From: Squalus acanthias
Taxonomy: Eukaryota
Direction: 5' to 3'
Length of the DNA stretch: 64,000 nt
Assembly: GCA_030390025.1 (NCBI GenBank)
Contig: CM059432.1
Span: 91,886,001-91,950,000 of the forward strand
In this document: piece after piece, positions 27,121 through 39,859 of the stretch
Numbering within the stretch: position 1 is the stretch's first letter
Layout: each line of letters starts with the position of its first letter
The notes under the pieces: generated by a model
The model's database searches: none
The model's input: the letters and a program-made list of their open reading frames with translations, nothing else
Told to the model about the DNA's origin: nothing
Program-made: the position numbers and the translations under genes

Positions 27121-27722
27121 CTGGCAGGGTGAAGAGGGAGGGAGCTTAACCAAACTAAGCTCAGAATAGAACAGGGAGAGGCAGAGTTGGTGACAAAAGA
27201 GGCCAGTGGGCAGGAATGTAACTGAAGTAAAAATTTTATTTATATGCAGCAAGTAGGAAGCAGAGCCATAGACTCAAAAGTATATAAACAAAATAAAAAT
27301 TATGGAGCATGGAGAGTAGATGCACAGGCAGTGGCGCTTAAACAGAGCCAGAGTTGAAGGGCAGTAGGATGGGCAAGTACAGAAATTAAAGGGAGCCAAC
27401 CTCTTGGAGAAGAAGGGGACTGCTAGAACACAGGATCCAGTGGACCACATACAGGCACAGCATAATAGCAGCCATTTCTTGTTAAGAGGCCAGTGGTTGA
27501 GAGAGACGGGTGGAAAATTCAAGCCCAATCATCGCAGCACCTCAGAAAACAAAGAAATTTTTAAAACACATTGAACATTTAAATTTGAAATGAAAATGCT
27601 CAAATCCACAGAGCAGATGGTGCTGTACAGAAATTCTGGCACAAGATTCCACAGCATCATGTGATGCTGTTACATGCAGGTGTTATAATAGTCTTAAAAT
27701 TAAAGCAGGAACTCCTATTAGA

Positions 27723-27736
27723 GTGCCACCTACTGG
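27723..27736 (-). promoter_or_regulatory. CTCF consensus motif
   Basis: Minus strand reads CCAGTAGGTGGCAC, a 14/14 match to CCASYAGRKGGCRS, in non-repetitive intergenic DNA. Confidence 0.55.
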
Positions 27737-29837
27737 TGTCAGAAGTTAGAATTGGTAAGTATAATAGTTAATTATGGACATTTTAACTTTGAAAATTAAG
27801 AATTTTAATATAGATATAAATACAGTATTTTTTAAAGAGGTCTTGACTCTAGATGACAGCTGTCCCAAGCCAGTTCTGTCAAGGAGGGGAAATCTATAAT
27901 AACAATCTTAAGATTGGGGCAGAATTGTACCGTACAAAGTGTTTGGCTTTATTTTGCTCATTTCATATCCCTCAAACACTTTATAATGTAAATTAGAGAA
28001 ATGCTCAGAAGCTCATAACATTTGGGTTTAATAAGTGACTGCTTTCTGTGTTTTTGCTCCTCAAGCTTCCTCTATTTTTTGAGATATTGCATACAACATC
28101 CATTGCTCATTGCCAACTGTCTGTTTGCCTCTGGTCTCACTAGTATTTTGCCACTTGCCACTTTTATACAAAAGCAGCTAATTGGAACAAGTAGACTTAT
28201 TTAAGCATGTATTTGGGAAATAAACTGTGTGTGTGTCATCCTTGTTGATTTGCGGTCAAATATGCATTTAGTCTCAAATGTTACTGCACACCTCAAAGGG
28301 TTAATCTTTTCAATAGTTATGCAATGTATTTTAACTAGTACATTGTTTGCAGTAAACTAAAGTGTAATGTATGTATCTGTATTTTGTGTGATCAGTTTTG
28401 TTCTAATGACGTGATGTATTTGATTCTTGTAACGTAGCCGGTGAGAGACTAGAATTTGTTTATTGTAATGAGGTTTAAGCTAAAGTGGGAACTCCTTAAC
28501 CTAGCCTAAAATGAAAATTAGAAGCCAGGAGTCAGGCAGAAGCTTTCTAATAAATTAACGCTTTAACTGAGAACCTTATAATAAGGACAAAGTGTGTAGG
28601 AAACATGTGTTGCTATTTAAACACGTTTACACCCCTTTCCTTAAACCACTTTTCTCCGTGTTCTTAATGGTTTTTTTTATCATCATGCACATCACTTTAT
28701 TCTTGCAAGAATTTTGCTGAATGGAGATGGTGTTTAATTTGTAAACCTTCAACTGTGTCCCATTAACATTACACCATTTAATTGTGTTTTTAAACTAAGC
28801 CAATTGCAAAGCAAATATATTTTGTTGTAATGAGGACATAAAAATGTGGTATTTTCAAATTAATCATACGTAATGTATTTTAATTTGTGTTTTAATATGT
28901 TTCTATCCATTTAAATTTTATTCTGCTATCATTATATTGTCCCTTTTTTTTATATTTTAACCAGTCAGTAATAAAGTGCATGCTTCAATTGGGATATACA
29001 TCCATTTGTGTCTACAATTATTTTATTATGGAAAACAGAAGCTCTGCTGCTAAATCTGAAAGGGAATAGCACTTGCCTCTTGCTGAAACATGATCTTATG
29101 TAATTAATTATACGTAAACAACTGTTTACATATTTTAAAAACTGTCAGATGCACCTTTAACATTTAATACATATCTGGCATCTTGTGTGAGAACAGTAAT
29201 GTTAAGTATTTAATTGTATAAACCAATGTATACATTGGATCTGAGTGTATCTTTGTCAGCTCAAGAATGAGATCAAGGTGCAGGCAGTTGCAGAAGCTGC
29301 TGACCAAGTAGTAACAGCCTAGGTATATGATTGGAAAATTACTGTAGTGGGAGCAACATAGAAAATCTCCAGCTTGTAAGAGACCATGGGCACTTTTTCC
29401 TCTTGTGCTTGGGTGTAAAGGTTCATCTGGCACAAAGAAAATTGGGCAGGGAGATTTACATACCTGTGATGGCACCTGCCTGATCTTCTGCACTTTTAAG
29501 TTAATAGACAGAAAATCGTGTGGGCTCTGTTACAGGCGCATGCACCTCCCCACCTGATTTTCCTGTGCTGTGTGAAGGGAATTACTTGCATAGAAGTACA
29601 AAAGAAGAAAATCTGCGCCTGCAAGTACACCTAGTCTGTCTTCTGGCTGCCCTAGCAATAGTATCCAATAATTTTTTCCCTTCAGTATACTTGTCCAGTT
29701 TTACCTTGAGCTCTCAGCCCCTACAGCTTCCCTTAGTAAGCTACTTTTTAGCTAAAGTAAAAGCACACTGAATTGAAGGTAATCTGGTGACATGTGTTGA
29801 TAATTGGTTGGGAGGTAGGGGACAGATTACGGCTAAA

Positions 29838-30748
29838 GATTGCGATTTCGCCTCATCACTTCCCCATCTCACTAGCCACCCCTCACACTCGCCCTCATCC
29901 TAGTGCAATCATACCAACTAACACACAAGGGTAGGCACTTGGGTGTTTTATGCAATGTTCATGTAAATTTTCTGTTAATGTGTTGTCAAACATTGAAATC
30001 TTTATTTTCAACACTTTGCCTTATTGTACAGATCTGTGCTCACCTTTGGAAGTGTCTTAGTGAGTTGCAGTAAATGGTGAGACATAACGGTATCCCCCGC
30101 AATGGTGATGAGTGTGATAGGAATGCTTTATGGTGCTGGTGTGGGATGGTGTTAACCTGGCGCATCATGTGGCAGCCAGGGTGTACAGCGTCAAGTGAAG
30201 TAAATCTGGCTATGGTGATGCCATCGCTGGCCTCCTGGGCAGCAATGTTGTCAGATGCTGATGTCCTGTGCAGCATCAGGTGATTGCGGAGAAGGTTGGT
30301 ATTGTTGGTGTGCCTGGTGATGTTGGTGTTGAGGCTGAACGTGGAGGGTTTCAGAGGACCAAGGTGAGATTTTTTCAAGGGCACCGATGTTGCTGGAAAA
30401 GATGGTAGCTGAAGTTGAGATAACAGAAGCGATCTGTCAGTGGTGAGAGAGCTTGCTCCAAAGAGGTGACAGTGGATAGAGAGTTTACTCCAAGCACTTC
30501 CAAACTGCATACAGCTCAAAAGTATCTTCCAAGTCCTGAAGGCTCAAGCTTCCGACATAGTAGTTAACAAGCAGTTAAGTATCTTAAATGCCTCCCCCGC
30601 TGCTTGGTATCAGGTCTGTTCTGAAATCGCAGACCCGACACTTTGGAAACTTACGTGGAGGCGGGTTCACAGCAGGTTCCCAACCCGCTGTCAATCATTT
30701 CGATTATGACAGCGGACCCGCACTCTGAGCGCCGGCAAAATTCAGCCC
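29838..30748. mobile_element. Internally deleted Harbinger-type element (same family as 50739-52406) inserted in a CR1 fragment
   Basis: Ends GATTGCGATTTCGCC / GGCAAAATTCAGCCC with TSD AAA. Body is colinear with 51290-52406. Confidence 0.8.
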
Positions 30749-31627
30749 AAAGGGTTCATTCTCTGATTGGCACGATGTGATAAGTGGTATTCCCCAGCAA
30801 TCTATACTGGGGCCTCAGCTTTTCATATATGTTAATGACTTGGATGAAGGAATAGGAGTTGTATATCCAAGTTTGCAGATGAAGCTAGGTTAGGAGGCAC
30901 GGTAAAGTTGTGTAGATGGGAGCAGGTAGATACAAGGGGACATTGACAGATTAAGTGAGTGGGCAAAACTGGCAGATGGAGTTCAATATGGAGAAGTGTG
31001 AGGTCAACTGAAACTTTCACAGCAGAGATCAACATTCTTATTAAGGTATCAAGGGATATGAATCAAAGGTGGGTAATGGAATTGAGGTACAGATCAGCCA
31101 TCATCCAATTGAATGGTGGAAGAGGCTGGAGGGCTTAATGGCCTACTCCTGTTCGTATGGTTTCCAAGAACTGACCATTCTCTCAATAAAGTAATGCTTC
31201 CTTGCATTCTGCCTGAATCTATTTCTTTTCAGCTTATGCTCCTGTTAAATGTTCTATCCCATACCAAATCAAAAAACCCTGACCGATCATCCATATCCCT
31301 GAGCCTCATTAATTTTAAAACCTCTAGTCATCACCTCTCCAATCAGAAGACCCCCAGATCTTTGAGCCCAGTATCATAAGTTTTATTCTCTACTTCTCTA
31401 ATCAATTTTGTAGCTCTTTCCTGCACCTTGTCAAACTCAGTAACATCCTTTCTCCGGTGTATGCTTTTGACTGTACATAATACTCCAGTTGTAGCCTGAC
31501 CAATGTTCTCTATTGTGTCACGATTACTTTTTTGATCCACATCTATTTCTCATGGGGCAATGCAGTTGCATGGGGTGGGAGTGGACGATGGTAGCCATAT
31601 TTTTGTAGAATTGCTGTACCCTATATA

Positions 31628-31781
31628 GGCCCTGAAATTACATTGTGGGATATTAGCATTAGAACACATAATTAATCTGTCTGAAATTCCTCTCTACTTT
31701 GGGGGAGGCAATAACCCATTTAAAATAAAGCATTCACTAAAATCAGTGATTTGAAAATTGCCACAATGTAATTTCATTGAG
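31628..31781. mobile_element. Short MITE
   Basis: Perfect 16-bp inverted repeat TGAAATTACATTGTGG (31633-31648) / CCACAATGTAATTTCA (31761-31776) with a GGCCC start. Confidence 0.55.
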
Positions 31782-32844
31782 CAATTAAGGTGAAAGGCCA
31801 TGGTTCATAATGTAGAACATCTAGGTAGAAAAGAGTAGGAGAGAAGATGAGGCAAATCAGGAAATACTGATTAGTGACACCAACTATGGATTTTTAGAGC
31901 CTGTAGAGTGAAGGGAAGATAATGGAATAAAGAGTTCCAGTTTGAGTCCTGGAAAACAATGATTTAGAGTAGAAGATGGTGAGATAAGTCCTGATTTCAA
32001 CACCGTGATTTTCTACTTTGGTGCACTCAGGATTAATTAAAATAAATGGACAGAAAGTCATAGGTTGGGGGGGTGTAATTTCCTGATATGCGCTCCCGAT
32101 GAAACAGAAAATCTCCTCAGTATAGCTGATTTGATCAAAAGGCTGGTAGTTGTCTACATGTAACACACTTTCACCTAAAATGCATTAATTTAGGAGGAGT
32201 ATCATCGCTTTGAATGCAAATTAACTATTTTGGTTCAGACTTGTTCTAATCCTATCAAGTCCTAAACTACACTTAAGTCAGTGTTTTCCGGCCACAATTT
32301 TATTTAAAATATATCCACCACATTTCTTTGATAAGTTCCCATTTTTTTGCCTCAAATATCCTTAATGTGCCAACTCTGTGGTTCTCTTGGGATCGCTTTA
32401 GGATCCAGAACAAAATCTCTGGTCAACGTCTAAGTGTGGCAGTTATTTACAATGACCAAATATGTGATTATAACATGGTAATCTGGGAATTATAGCAATG
32501 TTTTGGGATGAAATTCAGGAACTCTGGTCATTTTTTTGTGACGACCATTATTATGATGGTGGAAGTGGTACGAGAGATTGATGAGTGGCAAAGGTTCAGG
32601 ATGGGAGCAGCAAAAGGCAATGGGGAGAATGGGATGGAAGGTAAGGCTGCTCATGGCAGGAGATGGTTGGAGGAAGCAGGGAAAGCACGGACATATGAAA
32701 TGAGCCTGGCCGTTGGATCTCATTTCGATTGCATTGAAAGGATTGTTTAAATATAAAAGAAAAATAAGTGTATGAGGTTTCGGCTTTTGTAATCCCTTTC
32801 CACAACCAGGATGAAAAGGTGGAAAACCACAAGGCATACAACAA

Positions 32845-35800
32845 CTACTTATATTTATATAGCGCCTTTAACGTAATAAAATGTCCCAAGGTGCTTCACA
32901 GGAGCGTTACCAAAAAAAAAAAAAAATTTGACACCAAGCCATATAAGATGTTAAGGCAGGTGACCAAAAGCTTGGACAAAGAGGTAGGTTTTAAGGAGCG
33001 TCTTAAAGGAGGAAGGAGAGGTGGAGAGATTTAGGGAGGGAATTCCAGAGCTTAGGACCCAGACAGCTGAAGGCACGACCACCAATGGTGGAGTAATTAA
33101 AACCAGAATGATCAAAAGGCCAGAATAGGCAGAGTGCAAAGGTCTAGGGGGATTATAGCGATAAGGAGGGGCGAGGCCATGGAGGGATTTGAAAACACGG
33201 ACGAGAATTTTAAAATTGAGATGTTGCTTAACTGGGAGCCAATGTAGGGCAGCGAGCACAGGGGAGATGGGTGAGCGGGACTTAGTGCGAGTTAGGATAT
33301 GGGCGGCAGAGTTCTGGATGACCTCAAGTTTATGGAGGGTAGAGCTAGGGAGGACGCCCGAGAGTGTGTTGTAATACTCAAGTTTAGAGGTAATAAAGGC
33401 ATGGATGAGGGTTTTGGCAGCAGATAAGTTGAGATAAGGGCGGAGACGGGTGATGTTGCAAAGGTGGGAAATGGGCGGTCTTAGTGATGGAATGGGTATG
33501 AGGTAGGAAGCTCAATTCGTGATCAAATATGACGGCCATGTTGCGAACAGACTTGGCCAGCCTTGGACAGTTGCCGGGAGAGGGGTCGAATCGGTGGCGT
33601 GAACCGAAGACAATGACTTTGGTCTTCCCAATATTTAACTGGAGGATGTTTCTACTTATCCAGTGCTGAATGTCGGACAAGCAGTCTGACAGTATAGAGA
33701 CATTCGAGAGAGTTAGAGTTGGGTATCAGCAGCATACATGTGAAAACTCGTACTGTCACTGGATAATGTCACCGAGGGGCAGCATGTAGATGACAAATAG
33801 GAGGGGGCCAAGGATAGATCCTTGGAGAACACCAGAGGTGACGGTGTGGGAGTGGGAAAAGAAGCCATTACATGTGATTCTATGGCTACGGCTTGAAAGA
33901 TAGGAATGGAACCAGGCGAGTGAAGTCCCATCCAGCTGGATGACGGTGGAGGGGCGTTAGAGCATAATTTTGTGGTCAAATGCTGCAGACAAGACGAGAA
34001 GGAATAGTTTACCTTTGTCGCAGTCAATTAGGATGTCATTTGTGACCTTGATGAGAGCTGTTCCAGTACTGTGGCGGGGCCACAAACCTGATTGGAGGGA
34101 TTCAAACAAATAGAGTTCTGGAAAAGATGGGCACAGATTTGGGAGGCGACAACACATTCAAGAACTTTGGAGAGGAAAGGGAGGTTGGAGATGGGGCAGT
34201 AGTTTGCAAGGATGGAGGAGTCGAGGTTTTTTTTAGGAGAGGGGTGATGTCAGCAGATTTGAAGAAGAGAGGGGCAATACCTGAGGGGAAGAGAGAGAGC
34301 CGTTAATATCAGCTAACATGGGAGCCAGGAAGTGAAGTTGTGTGGTCAGCAATTTAGTAGGAATAGGGTTGAGAGAGCAGGAGGTCGGTATGATAGACCA
34401 GATAAGCTTTGAAAGGGCAAGAAGGGAGATGAGAGAAGCTAGAAAAAAATTCAAATTTAGTGTTAGGCAGGGGAAAAACTGAGAGGAAGTAAGGACCGGT
34501 GGACTAGGGGAAGTGAGGGAAGTAGCAGAGGCAGTTGAATGGATGTTCTCGATCTTTTTAACAAAAAAATCACTGAGCGCCTCGCATTTATTGTTGGAGG
34601 TGAGGGAGGAGGAGGCGACAGGGGAGGGTGGTTTGAGAAGACAGTTAGTGGTGGACAAGAGAAGCCTGGTGTTATCTTTACCTTCCTGGATGATCTTGGA
34701 ATAGTGGACAGTTTTAGCAATGGAGAGCGGTACCCAATAATGCTTTATATGATCTAGGCATATCTGGTGATGTATGGTTAGTTCAGTTGTCCACCAAAGA
34801 CGTTCAAGTCTGCGTCCCTTAAGGAAGCGGAGATGAAGGGTATACGAGGGGGCATGACTAGGGTGAGAGAGTGTAATGATTTTAGTGGGGACAAGAGTAT
34901 CAAAGGTGGTAGAGAGGGTGTGGTTTAGCATCTCAGTAGCTGCAGAAATGTCATTAAGAATTGTAGGCCAAAGGCTAGATAGTTGGGAATTAGATAGTGC
35001 AATGGTAAGGGACTTGGGGGAGAGTTTTTTCCAGGGGCAGACACAGAAAGAATTGGGGTTGGGTGGGGGAAGGGGAATTATGGGTAGAGAATGATGTAAG
35101 GAAATGGTCAAAGATTGCCTTATCAGTTATAGTTACGGTAGGGATAGCTAGGCCACGTGAGATAAGATCAATGGGGTGACCATGTATATGGGTGGACGAG
35201 TTTACACGGAGAGAGAGATTAAGGGAGGAAAGGAGGGCAATGAACTCCGAGGAGAGGGAGTAGGAAGAGTTGAGGTGGAGGTTGAAAACACCAAGGATGA
35301 GAAGTCACTCAGTGCAGAGGCAGAGGAAAGCAGAGAAGATATCTCGGTGAGAAAATTGGTGTGGTATTTGGATGGGTGGTACAGAACAAGGATTTTAAAA
35401 GAGACACGTGAGGGGTGGAACAAGGTGAGATGCTCGATGGAGGAGAATGGAGACAGACCAAGGTGTGATTTAGAGATCAGGGCTACACCACCACCATGGT
35501 GATTTGGGCGGGGCAAATGGTGGAAAGTATAGTCAGGTGGGGGTGCTTCATTGAGGGGAAAGGTGTCATCACCACTCAACCATGTCTCCGTCAATGCTAT
35601 GATGTCAGTGTGATCATCCATAATAAGGTCATGGATGGCAAGGCCCTTATTTAAAAGTGAATATACATTTTGAAGGGAAATGTGGAGAAGGGCGATGATA
35701 ACTAATTTACTGGCAGAGTCCAAAGGGGCAGAGCAGGGAGGGGACCGGGAGGAGATTGGTGAGATTAGCCCACAGCAGGCGCTTAGAACGGGAAGGGCAG

Positions 35801-36110
35801 GGAGAGAATAAGATGGGGCAATTGGGTTTACTGCTCACTAGGAGGCCGCAACGAGTGCCTCGTGGGCCTTTTGAAGGATGCCAAGAGAGGCACAGAGGGA
35901 AGCTGTAGAATTATTTAGTAGGGAGTTAAGATTGAGCGGCGGCAGGGGAGTAGAAAAGATGATGAGTAGTGAAGAATTGGGGATAGTGAGGGTAGAGTAC
36001 CTGAAGGCGGAGAAAAGAAAGGAGGCATGAAGGCACGGGGTTAAGAGGGAGAGATAGAAGTGATGAACTCAGGTCCGGAGCAGCAGCCAAAATGCCCACG
36101 CAGATGGACA
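32845..36110 (-). mobile_element. Near full-length L2 LINE (endonuclease + RT), degraded
   Basis: SLQNVYSL..IIALTETWL..GGGVALI (APE), SCSLNPIPTKLL, FESLQSG..LIKVTND, LHWLPV, and tail at 32845. Confidence 0.92.
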
Positions 36111-36299
36111 CGGACTAAGATAGAGGCATGATTACAAGCTAGATTATAAAGCATGATTTGGATTATATTGAGAGTATGGTGGAGAGAACACGGGAAAATA
36201 AGAAAAACTAGATTAAATTGAGATGTCTGGAAAAAGTTGATGTAGTCAGTGATCCACAGACGTCAGATGCTGAGACAATAATTGAAAGTATTTCTTGAG

Positions 36300-37400
36300 A
36301 GGCAGGGGGAGGGGAGGGGAGGAAAGAACAAAAGAAAGGTCTGTGATAGGGTGGAAAGCAGGAGAGATTAAATGACAAAAGGTACAATTGTACAAAGCAA
36401 AAGGAGATGGTAATGGGACAAGTAAAGAAACAAAAGTTGAGTCTAGAAGAGGTGTAAGTGGGTATAACAGAATCATCAACAGCTGCCATCTGAAAAAATA
36501 ATGGCAGAGGTTATGGTCTGAAATTGTTGAACTCGATGTTGAGTCTAGAAAGATGAGGTGCTGTTCCTCGAGCTTACGTTGAGCTTCATTGGAACAGTGT
36601 AGGAGGACGAGGTCAGAGTGGGAGTAGAGCGGAGAATTAAAGAGACAGGTGACCGGAAGCTCGGGGTCACACTTGCGGACTGAACGGAGGTGTTCTGCAA
36701 AGCGGTCACCCAATCTGCGTCTGGTGGTCTCAATGTAGAAGAGACCGCATCATGAGCAGCGAATACAGTATACTAAATTGCAAGAAGTACAACTAAATCA
36801 CTGTTTCACCTGGAAGGAATGTTTGCAGCCCTGAACGGTGGGAAGGGAGGTAAAAGGGCAGGTGATGCAACTCCTGCGCTTGCATAGGAAGGTGCTGGGC
36901 GAAGGGGAAGGGTGTTGGGGGTGATTGAGGAGTGGACCAGGGTGTTGTGGAGGGAGCGGTCCCTTCGGAATGCTGAAAGGGGAGGGTAGGGGAAGATGTG
37001 TTTCGTGGTGGGGGTCACACTGGAGGTGGTGGAAATGGCGGAGGATGATACGTTGAATGTGTAGGCTGGTGGGGTGAAAGGTGAGGACAAGGGGAACCCT
37101 ATCGTGGTTCTGCGAGGGCGGGGAAGGTGAAAGCAGTAGTGTGGGAAATGGAACAGACACGGTTGAGGGCCCTGTCAACCACGGTAGAGGGCAATCCTCG
37201 GTTGAGGAAAAAGGAAGACCTATTGGAAGCACTAGCATGGAAGGTGGCGTCGTCAGAACAGATGCGACGGAGACTGAGAAACTGGGAGAATGGAATAGAG
37301 TCCTTACAGGAAGTGGGGTGGGAGGAAGTGTAGTCCAGGTTTGGGAGTGGATGTTTGTCGATAGCCTATCCCCAGAAATGGAGACAGAGAAGTCGAGGAA
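36300..37400 (-). mobile_element. Penelope-like element, RT C-terminus/GIY-YIG fragment
   Basis: DRVPLVLTFHPTSLHIQRIILRHF, PLSAFRRDRSL and GDRFAEHLRSV..QRKLEEQHLIF. Confidence 0.85.
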
Positions 37401-37665
37401 TGTATTTCCTAGTTAAAGAGTGGCATTAGCAGAATTTTGGAACAATTATGCTGTCTATCCTCAGTTCTAGTAATGGTGAGTGGTACAGCAGATTATAAAA
37501 AAAGGGGGAAGTATAACTATTGGAGTTAAAAAGGTAATTATTCAAATATTGAATTGTGAATGTTGAGTAAGGATGTTGTTATGGTGTCCGCTGTAGCTCA
37601 GTGGTCGCACTCTCGCCTCTGAGTCAGAAGGTTGCTACATCAACTCCCACTCCAGAACTTTTTTT

Positions 37666-38458
37666 TTATTCATTCCTGGGATGTGGACGTCACTGACAAG
37701 GCCAGCATTTATTGCCCATTCAAGTTGCCCTTGAGAAGGTGGTGGTGAGCTGCCGCCTTGAACTGCTGCAGTCCATTTGGTGAAGGTACTCCCACAGTGT
37801 CATTAGGGAGGGAGTTCAAGGATTTTAACCCAGCGACGATTAAGGATCGGCGATATATTTCCAAGTCAGAATGGTTTGTGACTTGGAGGGGAACTTAGAC
37901 GTGATGGTGTTCCCATGTGCCTGCTGCCCTTGTCCTTCTAGTTGGTAGAGGTCAGGAGTTTGGGAGGTGCTGTCGAAGAAGCCTTGGCAAGTTGCTACAG
38001 AGCAACTTGTAGATGGTACACACTACAGACACCATGCGTTGGTGGTGGAGGGAGTGAATATTTAAGGTGGTGGATGGGGTGCCAATCAATCGGGCTGCTT
38101 TGTCTTGGATGGTGTCGAGCTTCTTGAGTGTTGTTGGAGCTGCACTCATCCAGGCAAGTGGAGAGTATTCCATCACACTCCTGACTTGTGTCTTGTAGAT
38201 GGTGGAAAGGTTTTGGGGAGTCAGGAGGTAAGACACTCGCCACAGAATACCAGCCTCTGACCTGCTCTTGTAGCCACAGTATTTATGTGGCTGGTCCAGT
38301 TAAGTTTCTGGTCAATAGTGACCCCCAGGATGTTGATGGTGGGGGATTTGGTGATTGTAATGTCGTTGAATGTCAAGGGGCGGTGGTTAGACTCTCGCTT
38401 GTTGGAGATAGTCATTGCCTGGCACTTGTGTGGCAAAAATGTTACTTGCCACTTATCA
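37666..38458 (-). mobile_element. CR1-group LINE 3' fragment; shorter copies at ~16140-16385 and ~47615-47950
   Basis: DKWQVTFLPHKCQAMTI..ILGVTIDQKLNW and TIYKTQVRSVMEYSPLAW..LDTIQDKAARLI. Confidence 0.85.
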
Positions 38459-38459
38459 A

Positions 38460-39545
38460 CCCTCCTGTTCATCAGCCTCATCCTCATCCTCCTCTCCCTC
38501 GTCCACCTCCTGAGGTGTTCCCGCAATCCCTGGTGGCAAGGGCTGAGCCCTAATGATGGCCAAGTTGTGGAGCATGCAGCAGACCACCACAAAATGGGAC
38601 ACCCACTCAGCCAACTACTGGAGGGCTCCTCCCGAGTGGTCAAGGCAGCGGAACCGTTGCTTCAGTAGCCCGATGGTCTGCTCGATGATGTTCCTGGTGC
38701 CAGCATAGCTCTCATTAGATGAGTGCTGGGCAGGAGTGTTGGGGTTGCGGAGGGGAGTCATGAGCCAGCAGGAGAGCGGATAGCCCTTGTCTCCAAGCAG
38801 CCACCCTCGAGCTTGACGTGGTGGCTGAAAGAGTGTTGGCACACTGGACTGGCGCAGGATGAAGGCATTGTGGCTACAGCCAGGATAACGGGAATTGACA
38901 TTGAGGATTCACTGTGCATGGTCGCACACCAACTGCACATTAAGTGAGTAGCAGCCTTTGCGGTTACGGAAGATCTCAAGATTGTCATGCGGTGCCCACA
39001 AAGCCACGTGGGTGCAGTCGATGGCGCCCTGCACCATGGGGAAGCCCGCTATCCTGGCAAAGCCACATGCACACTCGTCCTGCTTCTCTCTGGTGAGGGG
39101 AGCCAATGTAATCTCTTCTCCTGGTGTAGAGAGTCTCGGTGACCTCCCAGATGCAGCGATGGACGGTGAACTGAGAGATGTTGGATATGTCTCCTGCTGC
39201 AGACTGGAAGTATCTGCTGGCGAAGAAATTGAGGGCCACAGTGACCTTGAATGCCACTGGGAGAGCTGTGGTTGCCCTGGTCTGAGGCTGGAGCTCTGGT
39301 TGCAGGAGGTGGCAGAGTTCTGTGACCACTTCCTTGGTGAAGCAGAGCCTCCTAATACAATTCTCTTTGCTTAACTGGAGGTAGGAGAGGTGCTGTCTGA
39401 AGACCCTAGGTGGGTAAGGCCTCCTGTTGAGAGCCCTGATGGCCCTCCTCTTCCCTCTGCGCACATGTTCCCGTCTTTCACCCTGCCTCCGCTCACTCCG
39501 CCGTAGATCCTGGAGGGCGAGGTTGACTGCCAGTACAGCCCGCAT
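38460..39545 (-). pseudogene. PIF/Harbinger (HARBI1-like) DDE transposase pseudogene
   Basis: KVTVALNFFAS..SAAGDISNISQFTVHRCI, GFPMVQGAIDCTHV..RNRKGCYSLNVQLVCD, WLLGDKGYP..LMTP..RNIIEQTIGLLKQRFRCL. Frameshifted. Confidence 0.92.
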
Positions 39546-39859
39546 GACTTTTAGCAAGTGTTGTACTTTGAAGCATTTCAAAAATACTGAGGGAGTTCTG
39601 TACTTGCCAGAACACTCCCTGATACCTAATAACCTTGAAATAACTAAATAATACTCTTGCAGTTGCAGGAAGTAGCACACAGCCACTCAAACTGCAAAAC
39701 CCTGTCAGGCGCGAGTGATTGGTGATGATCCCTTTAAATATTGTTGCTGGAGCCAGCTTCCTGCTGCTGTACGCCAGCTTTACCTGTCGTTGCATTCTCT
39801 AGCCGGTAACTGCAATGGCCAAATCCAAATTAGGAGATCGGGCATCAAGTGAGCGTTGC

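Noticed and set aside
38460..39545. Domesticated host HARBI1 gene
   Set aside because: Multiple frameshifts, truncated by LINEs and linked to a TIR-like end, so it is a dead transposon copy.
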